DNA from: Eledone cirrhosa | Taxonomy: Eukaryota | NCBI GenBank assembly: GCA_964016885.1 | Contig: OZ024743.1 | Coordinates: forward strand, 342,550,001-342,614,000 | Direction: 5' to 3' | Length of the DNA stretch: 64,000 bases | Shown here: in pieces, positions 13,538 through 25,654 of the stretch | Layout: each line of letters starts with the position of its first letter | How positions within the stretch are numbered: position 1 is the first letter of the stretch | Program-made: the position numbers and the translations under genes | The notes under the pieces: model-generated | Seen by the model: only the letters and a program-made list of their open reading frames with translations | Database searches by the model: none | Told to the model about the DNA's origin: nothing

Positions 13538-14594
13538 ACATGTGTGTTTAGCTGTATATTTACGTATGTATTTGTATATTCGTGTATGTCCCCATGTGTG
13601 TATGCTCATGCTAACAGGTTGGCGTACTTTTAAGCAGAGAGAGAGGTTTTATGCCTGTGATAGATAAGTTTTGTACGTGCCACAATAAACGCTATTTGTA
13701 AAGTAAAAAGTCATATGTCATGATTCTAGTTTTCAGAGGATTGTATTCTGTTTAATTTGTTCTTTTTTATCATTTTAATACTTTTATTTTATTTTATTCT
13801 ATTTTTTCCTTCTCGTCTATTAATGTTAAAAATAATCACAAGACCTGGGTGCTATAACCTCTGTTTTATAATATGTATGAACAATGCAACATGTTTTAAT
13901 TTGTAATGCAATGTATAATAAAAGATAACGCTATGCATACAGACTTAGCTGTGTGGTTAAAACGTTTACTTGGCAACACATGGTTCTCGGCTTGAGCGCA
14001 CCCGACTTCGTCACACATTTTCAGGTAGCCTTAAACCCATACATATATGATGGCTGCAAACTCTGCTAAGAGTATTGCAATCGCTTGTCAGATTATAGAG
14101 TTTGGTACACTTTTAGGCTACGGGCAGCCACACGAACCTGTAACATCGCCTAAACAAGCAATGCCTGTGCTTTGAAGGTTTTTTAAGTAGGAAAAGGCCT
14201 TGCACTCGACCAATCCCAATCTCTGAGTATCAAAAACACTACCCGAAAAGGAGAACTGATCAACATCATCGGATTCTTCCCAAGCCGCAGGTTTTTTTTT
14301 CCAGAGTTTCCCTCTCCTAGAAAGGTTTTGTGACAACAATTGGGGCCTTTCACTCCCAGGTGTAAAAATAAAACAAAAGAAATACTATTTGGATGGTCGT
14401 TGACTCTGCTGAGTTGTTCCACCCTTTGTCGTGTCTTGTATTTCATCCAGCAGGGAGTCCAAATATCACCCTCCTCACCAAACTAGCTTGGTGGAGCTGC
14501 CGGTTTAGTCACCAACGACCCGACCATGAGACAGGTTGTACTGGGTTACATGTTACCCGTAGCACTCGAGAGCGAGTACTATTGGTAACATGTA

Positions 14595-14647
<53 letters not shown>

Positions 14648-14989
14648 TGCATGTGTGCGTGTGTATGTGTGTATGTTGTATGTCTGTAAATATATTAATA
14701 TATATATATATGTACATATGCTTGCACATACGTATACAATAACATCAACTGCTGATACTACACAAAATAGGAAGGACTTTCAAAATGATGCTAGAAATAG
14801 TTATATATATATATATATACACATATATATATATATATACACCATTTATGTGGTGTGGTTTACCAATGGGAAGAACTGGTCATCTTGGTTAGTAAACGGT
14901 GATGTATTAGTACGAAAAGCACTGTACGTTACACAAATTATCCCGCGTAGATGTTGGATCCCGTGGCTGCTGCAAGAGTTAAATATTTA

Positions 14990-15140
14990 TTTAAAATAAC
15001 AGAAGGCCGGACTAAAAATATTCCTTTAAAGTTCCAATGTTGCAAAAAACACTATACATATTTTAATTACCAAGTTACATCATCCGATCATGACACAAGA
15101 CCTTGGTGACATCGTCAGGTGTGGATTGCATAATTAGTTA
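14990..15140 (-). mobile_element. Decayed HHR-bearing pLTR copy (family of 48150-48452)
   Basis: cac-CTGACGA...AAAA-tatgta-TA-gtg. Shares the downstream sequence gtccggcct(t/g)ctgttatttt. Confidence 0.6.
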
Positions 15141-16043
15141 ATCAATAAAAGGAAGTAGCCCGGCTGTCTGTTGTTTAAATAAATAAATATATACGCGTGT
15201 GTATGTGTGTGTGTGTGCACGTGTCTGTGTATGTATTTATATATAGTGAAAGATAAACAGAGATGGAAAGAGAAAGAGAGGAATAAGAAACCTTTGAGTT
15301 GAGTGGGTTTGTGAGTGTGTGTTTACATATATTTATTATTAAGCGGTGCACCAGCATAACTGTATTCTAATAAATGGAACCCGTAAAGGTATAAAATAGT
15401 AAACGTTTATATACTATTTATAACTGTAAATCTGTGCGTCGAGTTAATGGATTTACCTATTTGATAATTAGAGATCGATAAAATAAGTACTTGTACTATC
15501 TTCTATATATTGGTTTCTCAAGTAGGCGCAAAATTGTAATTTGGAGAGGAGAACAGACGATTATATTAGACCCAGTACCTGACTGGTACATTATGTTATT
15601 GATTCCAGAAAGATTAAAGTCAAATTTGACCGCGGTAGGAGTTGAAAGAAATACCGCAATACATTTTGCCCACCACCTTTAAGTTCATATAAACGGCAGA
15701 TAGACGATTATATAGAACTGTCATGCATAAGCGTCGAGACAATTCGGCCTAATATTTAAGAAACTCGCTTTGCAATCATTAACTCCAGGGTTTGACAGCA
15801 CTGCGAAGCATCTTCTACAAGTGTCACTTTTCCTAAACTTAGGTCAGTTCATGCCCTTTGGGTGAAATTTGATAGACGGAGACTGCTTAATTTCCGTCAG
15901 ATAGTCTGCACGCGTAATACAAAGGGCCGGCCATGTTCCACACTGTATCACTCTGAATCTTTCTAAAAATTATTTTAAGTGTATACGTGTCTGTGGAACG
16001 TTTAGCTGCTTACACATTCAGTGAAAATGAATTTATCTTTATT

Positions 16044-16126
16044 TATTGGGTCGCCAAGTATGAGATTTGTAGAAATTTGGTTTTTTTCAACAGATTTCTC
16101 CAAATTTCATACTTGACGACCCAATA
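16044..16126. mobile_element. Tc1/mariner-type MITE
   Basis: TIRs ttgggtcgccaagtatgagattt / aaatttcatacttgacgacccaa flanked by TA. Confidence 0.65.
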
Positions 16127-16489
16127 ACGTATGGCATATAATTCCGTGTACATATTCATATATTAATAACGCGCGCTGTAATCCATGTCACCCCTCCCAA
16201 TCTTAAATAAGAAGCGCAAACTAAATTCGTCCTACCCGCAATAGCTCAAATGTTTTCTCAAGAAATACAAATAAATTCCATTGGCGCAATTGGCGCATTC
16301 AAACGATAACCTCATATACCACCAAACCATGACATGTGTACTCACTCCAATGACCCACCGGATGAAAACGCAAGATAAGTAATTTCTGTCCATCTCATAA
16401 ATTAACATATATATAACTCTACATTATATAACTCTACAAATTATCTACATAAAATGTTATTGATACTTTAAAATGTTTGCCACAAACAT

Positions 16490-16553
16490 AGATAGATGGA
16501 TAGACAGACAGATAGACAGACAGACATACAGACAGACAGACAGACAGACAGAC

Positions 16554-16598
<45 letters not shown>

Positions 16599-16680
16599 TC
16601 TAGATCGATAGATATATTTAGATAGATATATATCTAGATAGATATATATCTAAATAGATATATATCTAGATAGATAATAA

Positions 16681-16745
<65 letters not shown>

Positions 16746-16746
16746 C
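16490..16746. repeat. (GATA)/(GACA)n tetranucleotide repeat
   Basis: Seen directly. Confidence 0.95.
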
Positions 16747-17388
16747 AAACGGGTGGGTGGGTTTGGGGAGGTTCGGTTGATTTAGATGATTGAACGCTTA
16801 CTTGTGACGACAAGATTCCCCAATTTCTACTATCAAACTATTGGTCTATCCTGTATTGCAATAAAAGACAAATATACTGTGCAATTGGACCGAATGCGGA
16901 ATTATGTGGTTTCTAAGATAACTATTTATGTACAGACAATATCTGCACTCATGTCGGGAGATATTTTCATATGGATGACTTTGCAATTACTTTATTCTTT
17001 AACAAATATCAGCCGTCGGTCTATAGTTATTCTGAAGAATTCCTTTCAATTATTTTTATCGATTATATCGATACCAATATTTCGTTTAATATTTTATTTA
17101 TGGATCATTTTACCAATAATAGTAATTTGGTCATTATCATTTGCATAACTGAAAATAGAATCAGCAAAGAGAAATTGATGGAATGTATTGATCAGCATGA
17201 TTTGAACAATTCATAACGTAATTATCTAAGATATGGCATTGGCCCCATGGTTGATCCTTGCCACAAAATAAATTCGCAAACTGTTACCTCTAGCTCAATT
17301 GTTCTTTTGGTCATTTTGATTATACACAGGTGTATATATAAATATCGGGGGCAACCACAGTAAGTTAGGTACTCAATACATAGTAGAG

Positions 17389-17528
<140 letters not shown>

Positions 17529-17669
17529 TAAATATATATATGTACATATATATATATATATATGTATGTATGTATATATATATGTGTATATATGTATATA
17601 TATATATGTGTATGTATATATATATATGTATATAAGAAGAAATTAAAAGATGGTTAAAAAGTTCCATGT

Positions 17670-17738
17670 ATTTTATTATGCGCATTTCAAAAACAAATAT
17701 CATCCTGGGACGATATTTGCGTTCTCATCAGATAAAAT
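17670..17738 (-). ncRNA. Type I hammerhead ribozyme
   Basis: attttat-CTGATGA-gaacgcaaatatcgtc ccag gatgatatttgttttt-GAAA-tgcgca-TA-ataaaat. 7-bp stem I and palindromic stem III. Confidence 0.85.
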
Positions 17739-18687
17739 AGGGAGATATGATATGAAGCTTAAAAAAACACTTGTGAGCAAGGTAGTGTCTAATCAACATA
17801 TGATAAATAAATTTAAAAGGATATAGGAGATTGGAAAACAGGGAAGGAAGGGGAAAAAGGAACGAAGAGGAAGAAAGGAAAAAAGGAAAAAGTAGTAAAG
17901 GATAATGGAGGAAGAGTATAAGAAGGAGGAAGGAGAGAGAAAGAGAAAGGAGAGAAAGAGAGAGAGATAAACATTTAAACTGAAAAACGCTGTCTCCACA
18001 GAGAAATAACTGAAAAAACGGTTGTAAAATTATAAATAAATTAAAAAATTAAAAAATTAAAAATTGAAGACATTTATGAATGATGATGTTTATGATTACA
18101 GATATAGAAATTAAGTATACTATTTATTTAGGGTTTATATAGTGACGGATTTATTAAGATGTGCGAAAAAATGTTATTATAATGTATTATTAAGATAAAA
18201 TAAAGTAAAATAAGATAAGGTGAATAAAAATAAAATTAAATGAGTTATAAGCTTAGAAGATGATATAGAGTTTGTTTAAATAGATTGTAATTGAAAAGTA
18301 ATTATTTAATCTAAGACAAGCACGGAAAGAGAGAAGAAAGAAAAGAAAAATATGAGGAAGAAAAAATTACGTCAAAATTTGTTTACAAAATTCACCTAAT
18401 GCTAATATTAATAGAGTTGAAGTAAAAAGATTGGGAAATCTAGCGGCTTAAAAAAAGTAATATTGAGAAGGAATGATATAAAGATGAACTATTTAAAAGA
18501 AATGTGTATCCCCAAGAAGATAAAGGAGTTTGCTATAGTGAATTAAAACATTTTAAAAATTAAAAAATTAGGGGACCACAAACGTCATAGTATGAATGAA
18601 CTTTGTAGAATGTACTGCAATATGCGGGGAAAAAGAGGGTATATGTGTAAAAAGAGATATATATGTGGGAGAAAAAAGTTTTTAATG

Positions 18688-19257
18688 TTAATTATGGAGT
18701 AAAATATTAGCTGTGTACCAGTGAATATATGTAAGCGATTTATGGATGCAAAGCGAAAATAAATCTGTGCGTCTATTTATTATAGAGTTAAAATTAGAGA
18801 TAATGGTAAATTTTTCCGCTAGACATAAATTACAAGTTCTAGATATGGAAGCATTGGAATAAGAAGAAGCATTGCAAATTTTACGCAAAGAAATTTTGTA
18901 ATTAATATTTTTGTCTTTTAAGGACCAGATGAGTTCTGAGAGTGCAGTGTTTGTTCTTTTAAGTGGGTATTTAAAAGACGAAGAATGGTTATATAATCTT
19001 GGCTTAAAGGAAGTAGAAGTAGAGCCAATGTAGGTACTAGTTATCACCTTACATTCGTATACTAAATTTTTATCAAGTCAGTAATTATTAAGAGGACATT
19101 TAGTTCTATTAGGGCAATTGCATTTACGATTAATGTTATTAACAAAGTTAGTTGCAAGTGGCCCAGAATTATTTATAGAAGGAATTGTAGTGGAGAAATT
19201 ACCTAAAGGAGGTGCTAATGTTTCCTGATTTAGATTAGTATTAGTATTAGTATTGGA
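18688..19257 (-). CDS. GIY-YIG endonuclease of a Naiad-like PLE; one continuous frame with a single in-frame TGA (19078-19080)
   Basis: ORFs 19078-19302 and 18688-19047 share a frame: CPLNNY*LDKNLVYECKVITSTYIG. Confidence 0.8.
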
Positions 19258-21638
19258 TTGTTCCTCAACCAAGGATTTGGTTGAGGAACAACTGAATGAC
19301 ACAACATTCTATCATGAAATACCGTCAAATATAGACCACAACATCATAAAGAAGATCAACAACCTGGTTTCAAAATACCACAACTCACTTACTGATAAGG
19401 AAAGAGACTACATCACCAATTTTGAGCCAAAAACCAGCAACCTGTATGGCCTACCGAAAGTTCATAAGTCAAAAGAAATACAACTGGCAGTAAGAGAACA
19501 AAACAGTGAGTACATTAAATTACTACACCCAAAAGACTTAAAACTTAGACTTATTATAGCTGGTCCAACATGCCCCACCCACCGTCTAAGCAATTTTGTT
19601 GACATTATTTTGAAACCACTAAGGGCGGTGGATTGGCAGTATCGGTAGAGGGTCGGACGCCATGCTTTGACGCATAGAGTTACGGCCCTTGCCATTCTGA
19701 GTTCAAATCCCGCCGAGGTTGACTTTGCCTTTCATCCTTACGGGGTCGATAAAATAAAGTACCAGTAATACACTGGGTAATTGCTGGCCTTGTGCCAAAA
19801 GTAGAAACAATTATTTTGAAACCACTATGTATTCACATACCCAGTTTCATCCGGGATGATATCGACTTCCTGTCCCATCTTCCCAAAACCACGGAAATGA
19901 ATTCACTTCTACTTAGTTTTGATGTGGTAAGCCTTTACACCAACATTACAGAGGGTTTAGGAATAGAAGCGGTTAAATACTGGGTGGAAAAACATAGAGA
20001 AGTGATTCCCATCAGATTCACAGCGCCATTTATATTAGACGCAGTTAAACTTATTCTGGAAAACAACACTTTCTTCTTCAATGGAAAGAATTACATCCAA
20101 ATTAGAGGCACAGCGATGGGAACGAAGTTTGCTCCCGTTTACGCGAACTCTGTAATGGGATACTTAGAACAACAACTCTACCAAGAAATAGAGGGAAAAT
20201 ATAGTACTGACTTTAGAAAGTACATTGAAAAATCTTGTCATCATCTGGACAGAATCTCTAGATACTCTGGATGAGTTCAATATCCTCCTAAATAACCTAC
20301 ACCCATCTCTCCAATTCACAAAAGAGATGAGTAGGACCAAATTACCATTCCTAGATATAATGATAATCAAAAACGACACCACCATTACCACGGATATATA
20401 TTATAAACACACAGACACCCATCAATATCTGAATTTTAAGTCGTGCCATCCACCTCATACAAAACGCAACATGCCATACTGCCTAGCCAGAAGAATTTGT
20501 ACCATTGTAGACGATACGAATACCAGGTACAAACGCCTAATAGAACTAAGAGAATTTTTGCTCAAACAAAAATGCCCATCTCTACTTATAGAAAATGGCA
20601 TATAGCGGGCTATAAAAATACCTATACAACAACTTAGGACAACCCAAGGAAGAAGAAACCAAGAACTGATCATACCATTTATAATGACACACAACCCATG
20701 TCACCAGAATATCTTCAACACTGCCAAAGCAAACCTACCGATCATTGCTCAAAGTAATGAATTAAAAGGCGTAATCACAGATCGATCTTTGACTCTTAGT
20801 AAAAGACAGCCGAAAAATGTGAAGCAATTACTAACAAAAGCAAAGTTAACAACAAAGACCAATCATTCACTGTATCTAAATGCAATGATAGTCGTTGCGG
20901 CACATGTCAATCCATACACGCCGGTCAATATATGAAAACAAAAACTGGAAATATATTCCCAAATGCAAATATGAACTGCAAAAGCAGAAATCTAATTTAC
21001 TGCATTAAATGGCCGAATTGTGAAGAACTATATGTCGGTCAAACTGGAAATGAACTATCGGAACGTGCATGGGTACACCGACAGCAAATCAGAGACCCAA
21101 ATGTCCGTCATATACCCCTAAGTAACCATCTAGCAACATGTGGTCAGGGAATATTTATAATATTCCCATTCTACAAATTACACAACCCAAGTGAAATCAA
21201 GAGAAAAATCAAAGAAAAGAATTTTCTTGATAAATTCAAACCCAAGCTAAATGAACAATAATAATGGGGCATTACTCCTACTATGACTATGACTACGACC
21301 ATGTCGACTACGACCACTAACGACTACAACAACAATAATAATAATAATAAAAGTGATTTGATGGTGATGATTACTAGAAAATGCTCTTTTCATCATTTCT
21401 AAAAATAGCAAAACAATTGATGCTTTGGATAGGATCAATTAGTGGTCGTTAGACATGCTCAACCAACCGGGACGCCTAAACCAATCAGCTTTAGTAATTC
21501 AGTGAAACTACACACCGATTGGTCGAAATACAGTTTGCAAGATTTAGCATTCTGAAGCCACTTTTCACTGTATATAAGGAAACAAAATTTACCCATCATT
21601 GCATTTCCATTGCATCGATGGTGTGGAGAGGGGAGACT

Positions 21639-21640
<2 letters not shown>
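19258..21640 (+). mobile_element. 5'-truncated Neptune-like Penelope element (RT + GIY-YIG), frameshifted
   Basis: YGLPKVHK, SFDVVSLYTNI, QIRGTAMGTKFAP, LPFLDI, SCHPPHTKRNMPY, KCNDSRCGTC, NCKSRNLIYCI..YVGQT, PKLN stop at 21261. Confidence 0.92.
19622..19809 (+). mobile_element. Full-length SINE inserted in the PLE RT
   Basis: 18-bp TSD attattttgaaaccacta (19604-19621 and 19810-19827). Pol III A and B boxes. Confidence 0.95.
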
Positions 21641-21689
<49 letters not shown>

Positions 21690-21692
<3 letters not shown>

Positions 21693-22164
21693 ACATGCTG
21701 TTTACACTGACCTTACCTTTGTCCCTTCGTCGACATGATATCGCTTCCTCCTAAAAACAGCTGGTGGGAGCGATATTAGTAGAAGAAAATGTCGTGGTTT
21801 CGTGGTTCACTCTGTAGACGATTTTTCTCGTTGTCCGTTCCCCTCTCACCATAATTCTGATACCGTAGTAGCTTCTCTCATCATTCAAACATTATGTTTA
21901 CTCCTCGCAAAGGGTTTTCTCTACTATCAACGCCGGTTTTTCACTCAAATCCTTTCGCTATATCCACGCTGGAGATGTCTCTGTCTCCCTCTCCTGTTCA
22001 TAAATCATCTCTCTACTCTATTTTCTAAGTATATACCTAGCCATATAGAACATGGTGGATCTAGCCACTAATCCACGACATCCTAACTCAGCTGGAAGCT
22101 TTGTATAACGGCACCCTCGACCATCACACGTATCGTTTACTTCTTCATATTTTACGTAATTTCA

Positions 22165-22168
<4 letters not shown>
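21690..22168 (-). mobile_element. HERO/NeSL-like RLE non-LTR retrotransposon 3' end
   Basis: Manual translation KYEEVNDTCDGRGCRYTKLPAELGCRGLVARS..ETSPAWI*RK fits the KY..P.E.GCRG RLE C-terminus. Bounded by (TA)n. Confidence 0.7.
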
Positions 22169-22245
<77 letters not shown>

Positions 22246-22252
22246 ATATATA

Positions 22253-22496
22253 TAGGAGAAAGTATGACCCCGACGGCAGAGCTCAAGCCGTTTCGAAGGC
22301 TATTTCTGGACTAAAGTAAGAGTGTTTTAGTCGGAGACTAAAGAAAATCTTACTTTAGTCCAGAAATAGCCGTCGAAACGGCTTGAGCTCTGCCGTCGGG
22401 GTCATACTTTCTCCTATTACCCACTCTACCACCCTAAGTATTTAGTACTCTGGTGCGTTATGATGTATCTGGTTCCTTACCGCAACTCCTTCGTTA
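22253..22496. mobile_element. Fold-back pLTR fragment of Naiad family C
   Basis: Inverted arms containing aatagccgtcGAAAcggcttgagctctgccgTCgggg. Matches 38155-38300. Confidence 0.85.
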
Positions 22497-22530
22497 TATA
22501 TATATATATATATATATATAAATATATATA

Positions 22531-22950
22531 TAAGATCAAAAGATGGTTAAATGAGTTCCATGTATTTTATTATGTGCATTTCAAAAACAAATATCATCAT
22601 GCAATAACATTTGGGTTTTCATCAGATAAAATAGGAGGACATGATATGAAGGTTAAAAACACTTGTGGATAGTGCAGTTTTAAATCAAAATATGTTGATT
22701 TAAAACTGCACTATCCACAAGTGTTTTTAACCTTCATATCATGTCCTCCTATTTTATCCGATTAAAACACAAATGTTATTGCATGATGATATTTGTTTTT
22801 GAAATGCGCATAATAAAATACATGGAACTCATTTAACCATCTTTTGATCTTATATATTATGTATACTCCAGTCCTACAAACTGTGGAGTGCTTCTTATCC
22901 GATATCTGCATTGCTTTATTGTACTACAATAAAACTCACCTCCTACATAT
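22531..22950. mobile_element. 320-bp palindrome of a Naiad family A-related pLTR with HHRs (22563-22632 minus intact, 22751-22820 plus mutated)
   Basis: Centre at about 22691. Homologous to 17640-17800. Confidence 0.85.
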
Positions 22951-23001
22951 ATAAATATATATATATATGATATATTATATATATATATATGTATATATGT
23001 A

Positions 23002-23040
<39 letters not shown>

Positions 23041-23055
23041 CATATATAATACATC

Positions 23056-24147
23056 AGAAAAAAGAATATCGATTATAACCTGACCTGGAGTGTGCTCAAA
23101 AGGGCCACCCCTTATCAAAATAAGAGATATGAGTGTAGATTATGCTCCCAGGAACGTTTTGAAATAATGAAATCTAAGGATATCCTATTAAATAAGCGAC
23201 AGGAATTAATTATATCTTGAAATTATAGAATTAGAAGAAGGTTCAAATTTTATAAACCTAATTAATATACACCTTACACTTATATTTTACATATTATTAT
23301 AATTAGTTTTTTTAATTTAGTTAACCTATAATTAGTACTTTACTATAGAGAACTTCATAATTTTATTTCCCTCTTACAGCTCTCTTTTCCTAAAATTAAT
23401 ACCTAAAAGTATACATATAAATTAATTTAATTTCCTATAATGAATCTAGATTGCTTGTAGTTTATATAAGATTGGTATTTCTCACTACTACCCTTATCCC
23501 CAAATTTTTTTTCCTTCGTTTTTAACAACATTCTTTAATAACATATAATTGTTATTTATCACATCCATATGAATTAATATAAATTTATCAATTCATTTAA
23601 TTTCTGGTTATAGATCTAGATTCCTTGTGGTTTAAATAAGATTGGTGTTTCTCACTAATATCCTTACCCTAAAATTTTACTTTCCTTCGTTTTTAACATT
23701 ATTATTTAATAACATCAAATTTTCGTGTACCCTTCACCGGCTTGACCTCTTTTCATCCCCAAAGTATTCTTTTCATTCAAAGTATTCTTTCCATTCAAAA
23801 CATAAGTCTGCACTCCTCTACCCCTAAATTAAATTTCTACTACTACTATTCTATCAACTTGACCTCTTACTACTTTTCTATTGGTCAATTCAAAACCTGT
23901 TCCCAAACAGACCTATTATATTAAATCTTTGTTGTTTTTTTTTCAATAAACAAATCTCATAATTTCTGAAGACAGCATATATATATATGTGAAGGTATGT
24001 ATATTTCCTCTGATAGTTTGTAATATTTTTACATAGATCTATATGATATACATACCAACACACATATATATCCTAGAAACGATCGTAAAATGATGAATTT
24101 TTTAATATAAGGAACTTGTTCTTTGTTTTTATTCATTGTTTTTATTA

Positions 24148-24150
<3 letters not shown>
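23056..24150 (+). mobile_element. 5'-truncated Naiad-like PLE (family B): endonuclease C-terminus, 3' UTR, HHR
   Basis: Manual translation KNIDYNLTWSVLKRATPYQNKRYECRLCSQERFEIMKSKDILLNKRQELIIS*NYRIRRR. Confidence 0.8.
23962..24091 (+). ncRNA. Hammerhead ribozyme with about 100-nt stem II
   Basis: attt-CTGAAGA-cagcatatatata..ggtatgtatat...atatacatacc..cacatatatatccta-GAAA-cgatcg-TA-aaat. Confidence 0.7.
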
Positions 24151-24181
<31 letters not shown>

Positions 24182-24259
24182 GCACACACGCATATATGTA
24201 TTTGTATATAGATGTAGATAGATAGCTATAGATACAAATATATATTAATATATACATGC

Positions 24260-24470
24260 ATAATAATGATTTCAACTTTAGGCACAAGGCCAGCAATGTT
24301 GGAGAAGGGGGGAAAGTCGATTAAATTGTCCCCAGTGTGCGACTGGTACTTTATTTTATCGACCCCGTAACAATGAAAGGCAAAGCTAACTTCGGCGGGA
24401 TTTGAACACAGAACGAAAAAGGCAGTAACTCTATGCCACGAATCATGTTGTCCGACGCTCTACCGATCGG
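24260..24470 (-). mobile_element. SINE (older subfamily)
   Basis: Consensus match with the longer ggggaaagtcgatt segment. Confidence 0.85.
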
Positions 24471-25385
24471 AGTTTTTGTAACAAACTAGAAGCTTCAACC
24501 AATTTTAAGTGCAAATTAATGGTAAATCGTAGTCAGATCATATATATGAGAATTGGTATCTTCAGCAGTCGGATTGCATTGATAACCACTCCCACTAACA
24601 CAACTGGTCCATTTATGGATGAATGACTGTCACTAATACACACACATATCTAACTACCAACCTACCTGCCAAATTATCTACCTACCTATCTGCCTACCTA
24701 CCTACAATAAATACATACATACATATATACATATACATACACACATACAAGCACACATCCTCACCCACCACACACACACGCACATACACACACACAGACA
24801 CACACACATATATATTTATATATATATATATATATAAATATAACTGTTCACGTTAAAGATATTTCACTGTAAGACATTTTAAGTGTGGCGTTTGCAGGGG
24901 ATGATATAAAATAATGCTGTTTAGAAAGAGATCAATTAAATTGCTGAACATTATCGTCAAATGTTTGGTTATAAACAATATTACTCCAACAATTCTAGTA
25001 TATATGTTACCGTGTATAACAGGCTAAATATAGCAAAAAAGTTTTTTTATGTTATACATCTACTTGTAAAGTTACTCACATAATGTGTCATTATTGTCAT
25101 TTTTGAAGGAAAACATTTTGTACGTGTCTGCTTTGCCTAAGTTACAGGTTTTTTTTATTCACGCTATATGCTTTAGCACTAGAGTTGATATCTTATATTA
25201 TCTGTTTTCTTTATTTCTACTTTTCAAACGCCAAGTGAAATTATAGTGGGAAATGTCTTCGCGACGTTGTTTATTGAAACACTATATATATTAGATGTGT
25301 TCTTGGTCTTTATTGTACATTAGTTAGGCACTTAATATTTAAATGAAAATTATTTCGCTTCATACAATTGCATTTACTATTCGCG

Positions 25386-25511
25386 CTTGCACACACAATC
25401 ACAGACATCCATAGACTCAAACACACACACACACACAGACATATATATATATATATATATATATGTCTGTGTGTGTTTGAGTCTATGGATGTCTGTGATT
25501 GTGTGTGCAAG
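25386..25511. repeat. Palindrome centred on (AT)n
   Basis: cttgcacacacaatcacagacatccatagactcaaac / exact reverse complement. Confidence 0.9.

Positions 25512-25654
<143 letters not shown>

Larger units (their letters stand above)
17636..19257 (-). mobile_element. 5'-truncated Naiad-like Penelope element (family A)
   Basis: Linker CNCPNRTKCPL, GIY-YIG-type LVY..YIG, FKPRLYNH, LSELIW, CNLCLAEK, NRRTDLFSLCIH. 3' UTR ends in an HHR and then (TA)n. Confidence 0.85.

Noticed and set aside
14100-14600. Non-repetitive segment resembling a LINE 5' UTR or an exon
   Set aside because: No recognisable protein motif or second copy in the window.
16490-16746. CRISPR-like or other prokaryotic arrays
   Set aside because: Simple tandem repeats without unique spacers, in a eukaryotic context.
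17636-18690. SECIS candidates in the Naiad-A 3' UTR (ATGAcgtttg.. near 18588; AUGA/GA of the HHR stem II)
   Set aside because: Spacing and the apical AA do not fit a canonical eukaryotic SECIS by eye. Needs SECISearch.
19622-19715. tRNA gene
   Set aside because: The A and B boxes belong to a SINE head. No proper cloverleaf, and it continues into the SINE body.
21455-21555. Expected HHR at the 3' end of the Neptune element (accaatcag..cgattggtc-GAAA..TA-gcat)
   Set aside because: The 3' half is plausible, but no CUGANGA is recognisable. Not called.
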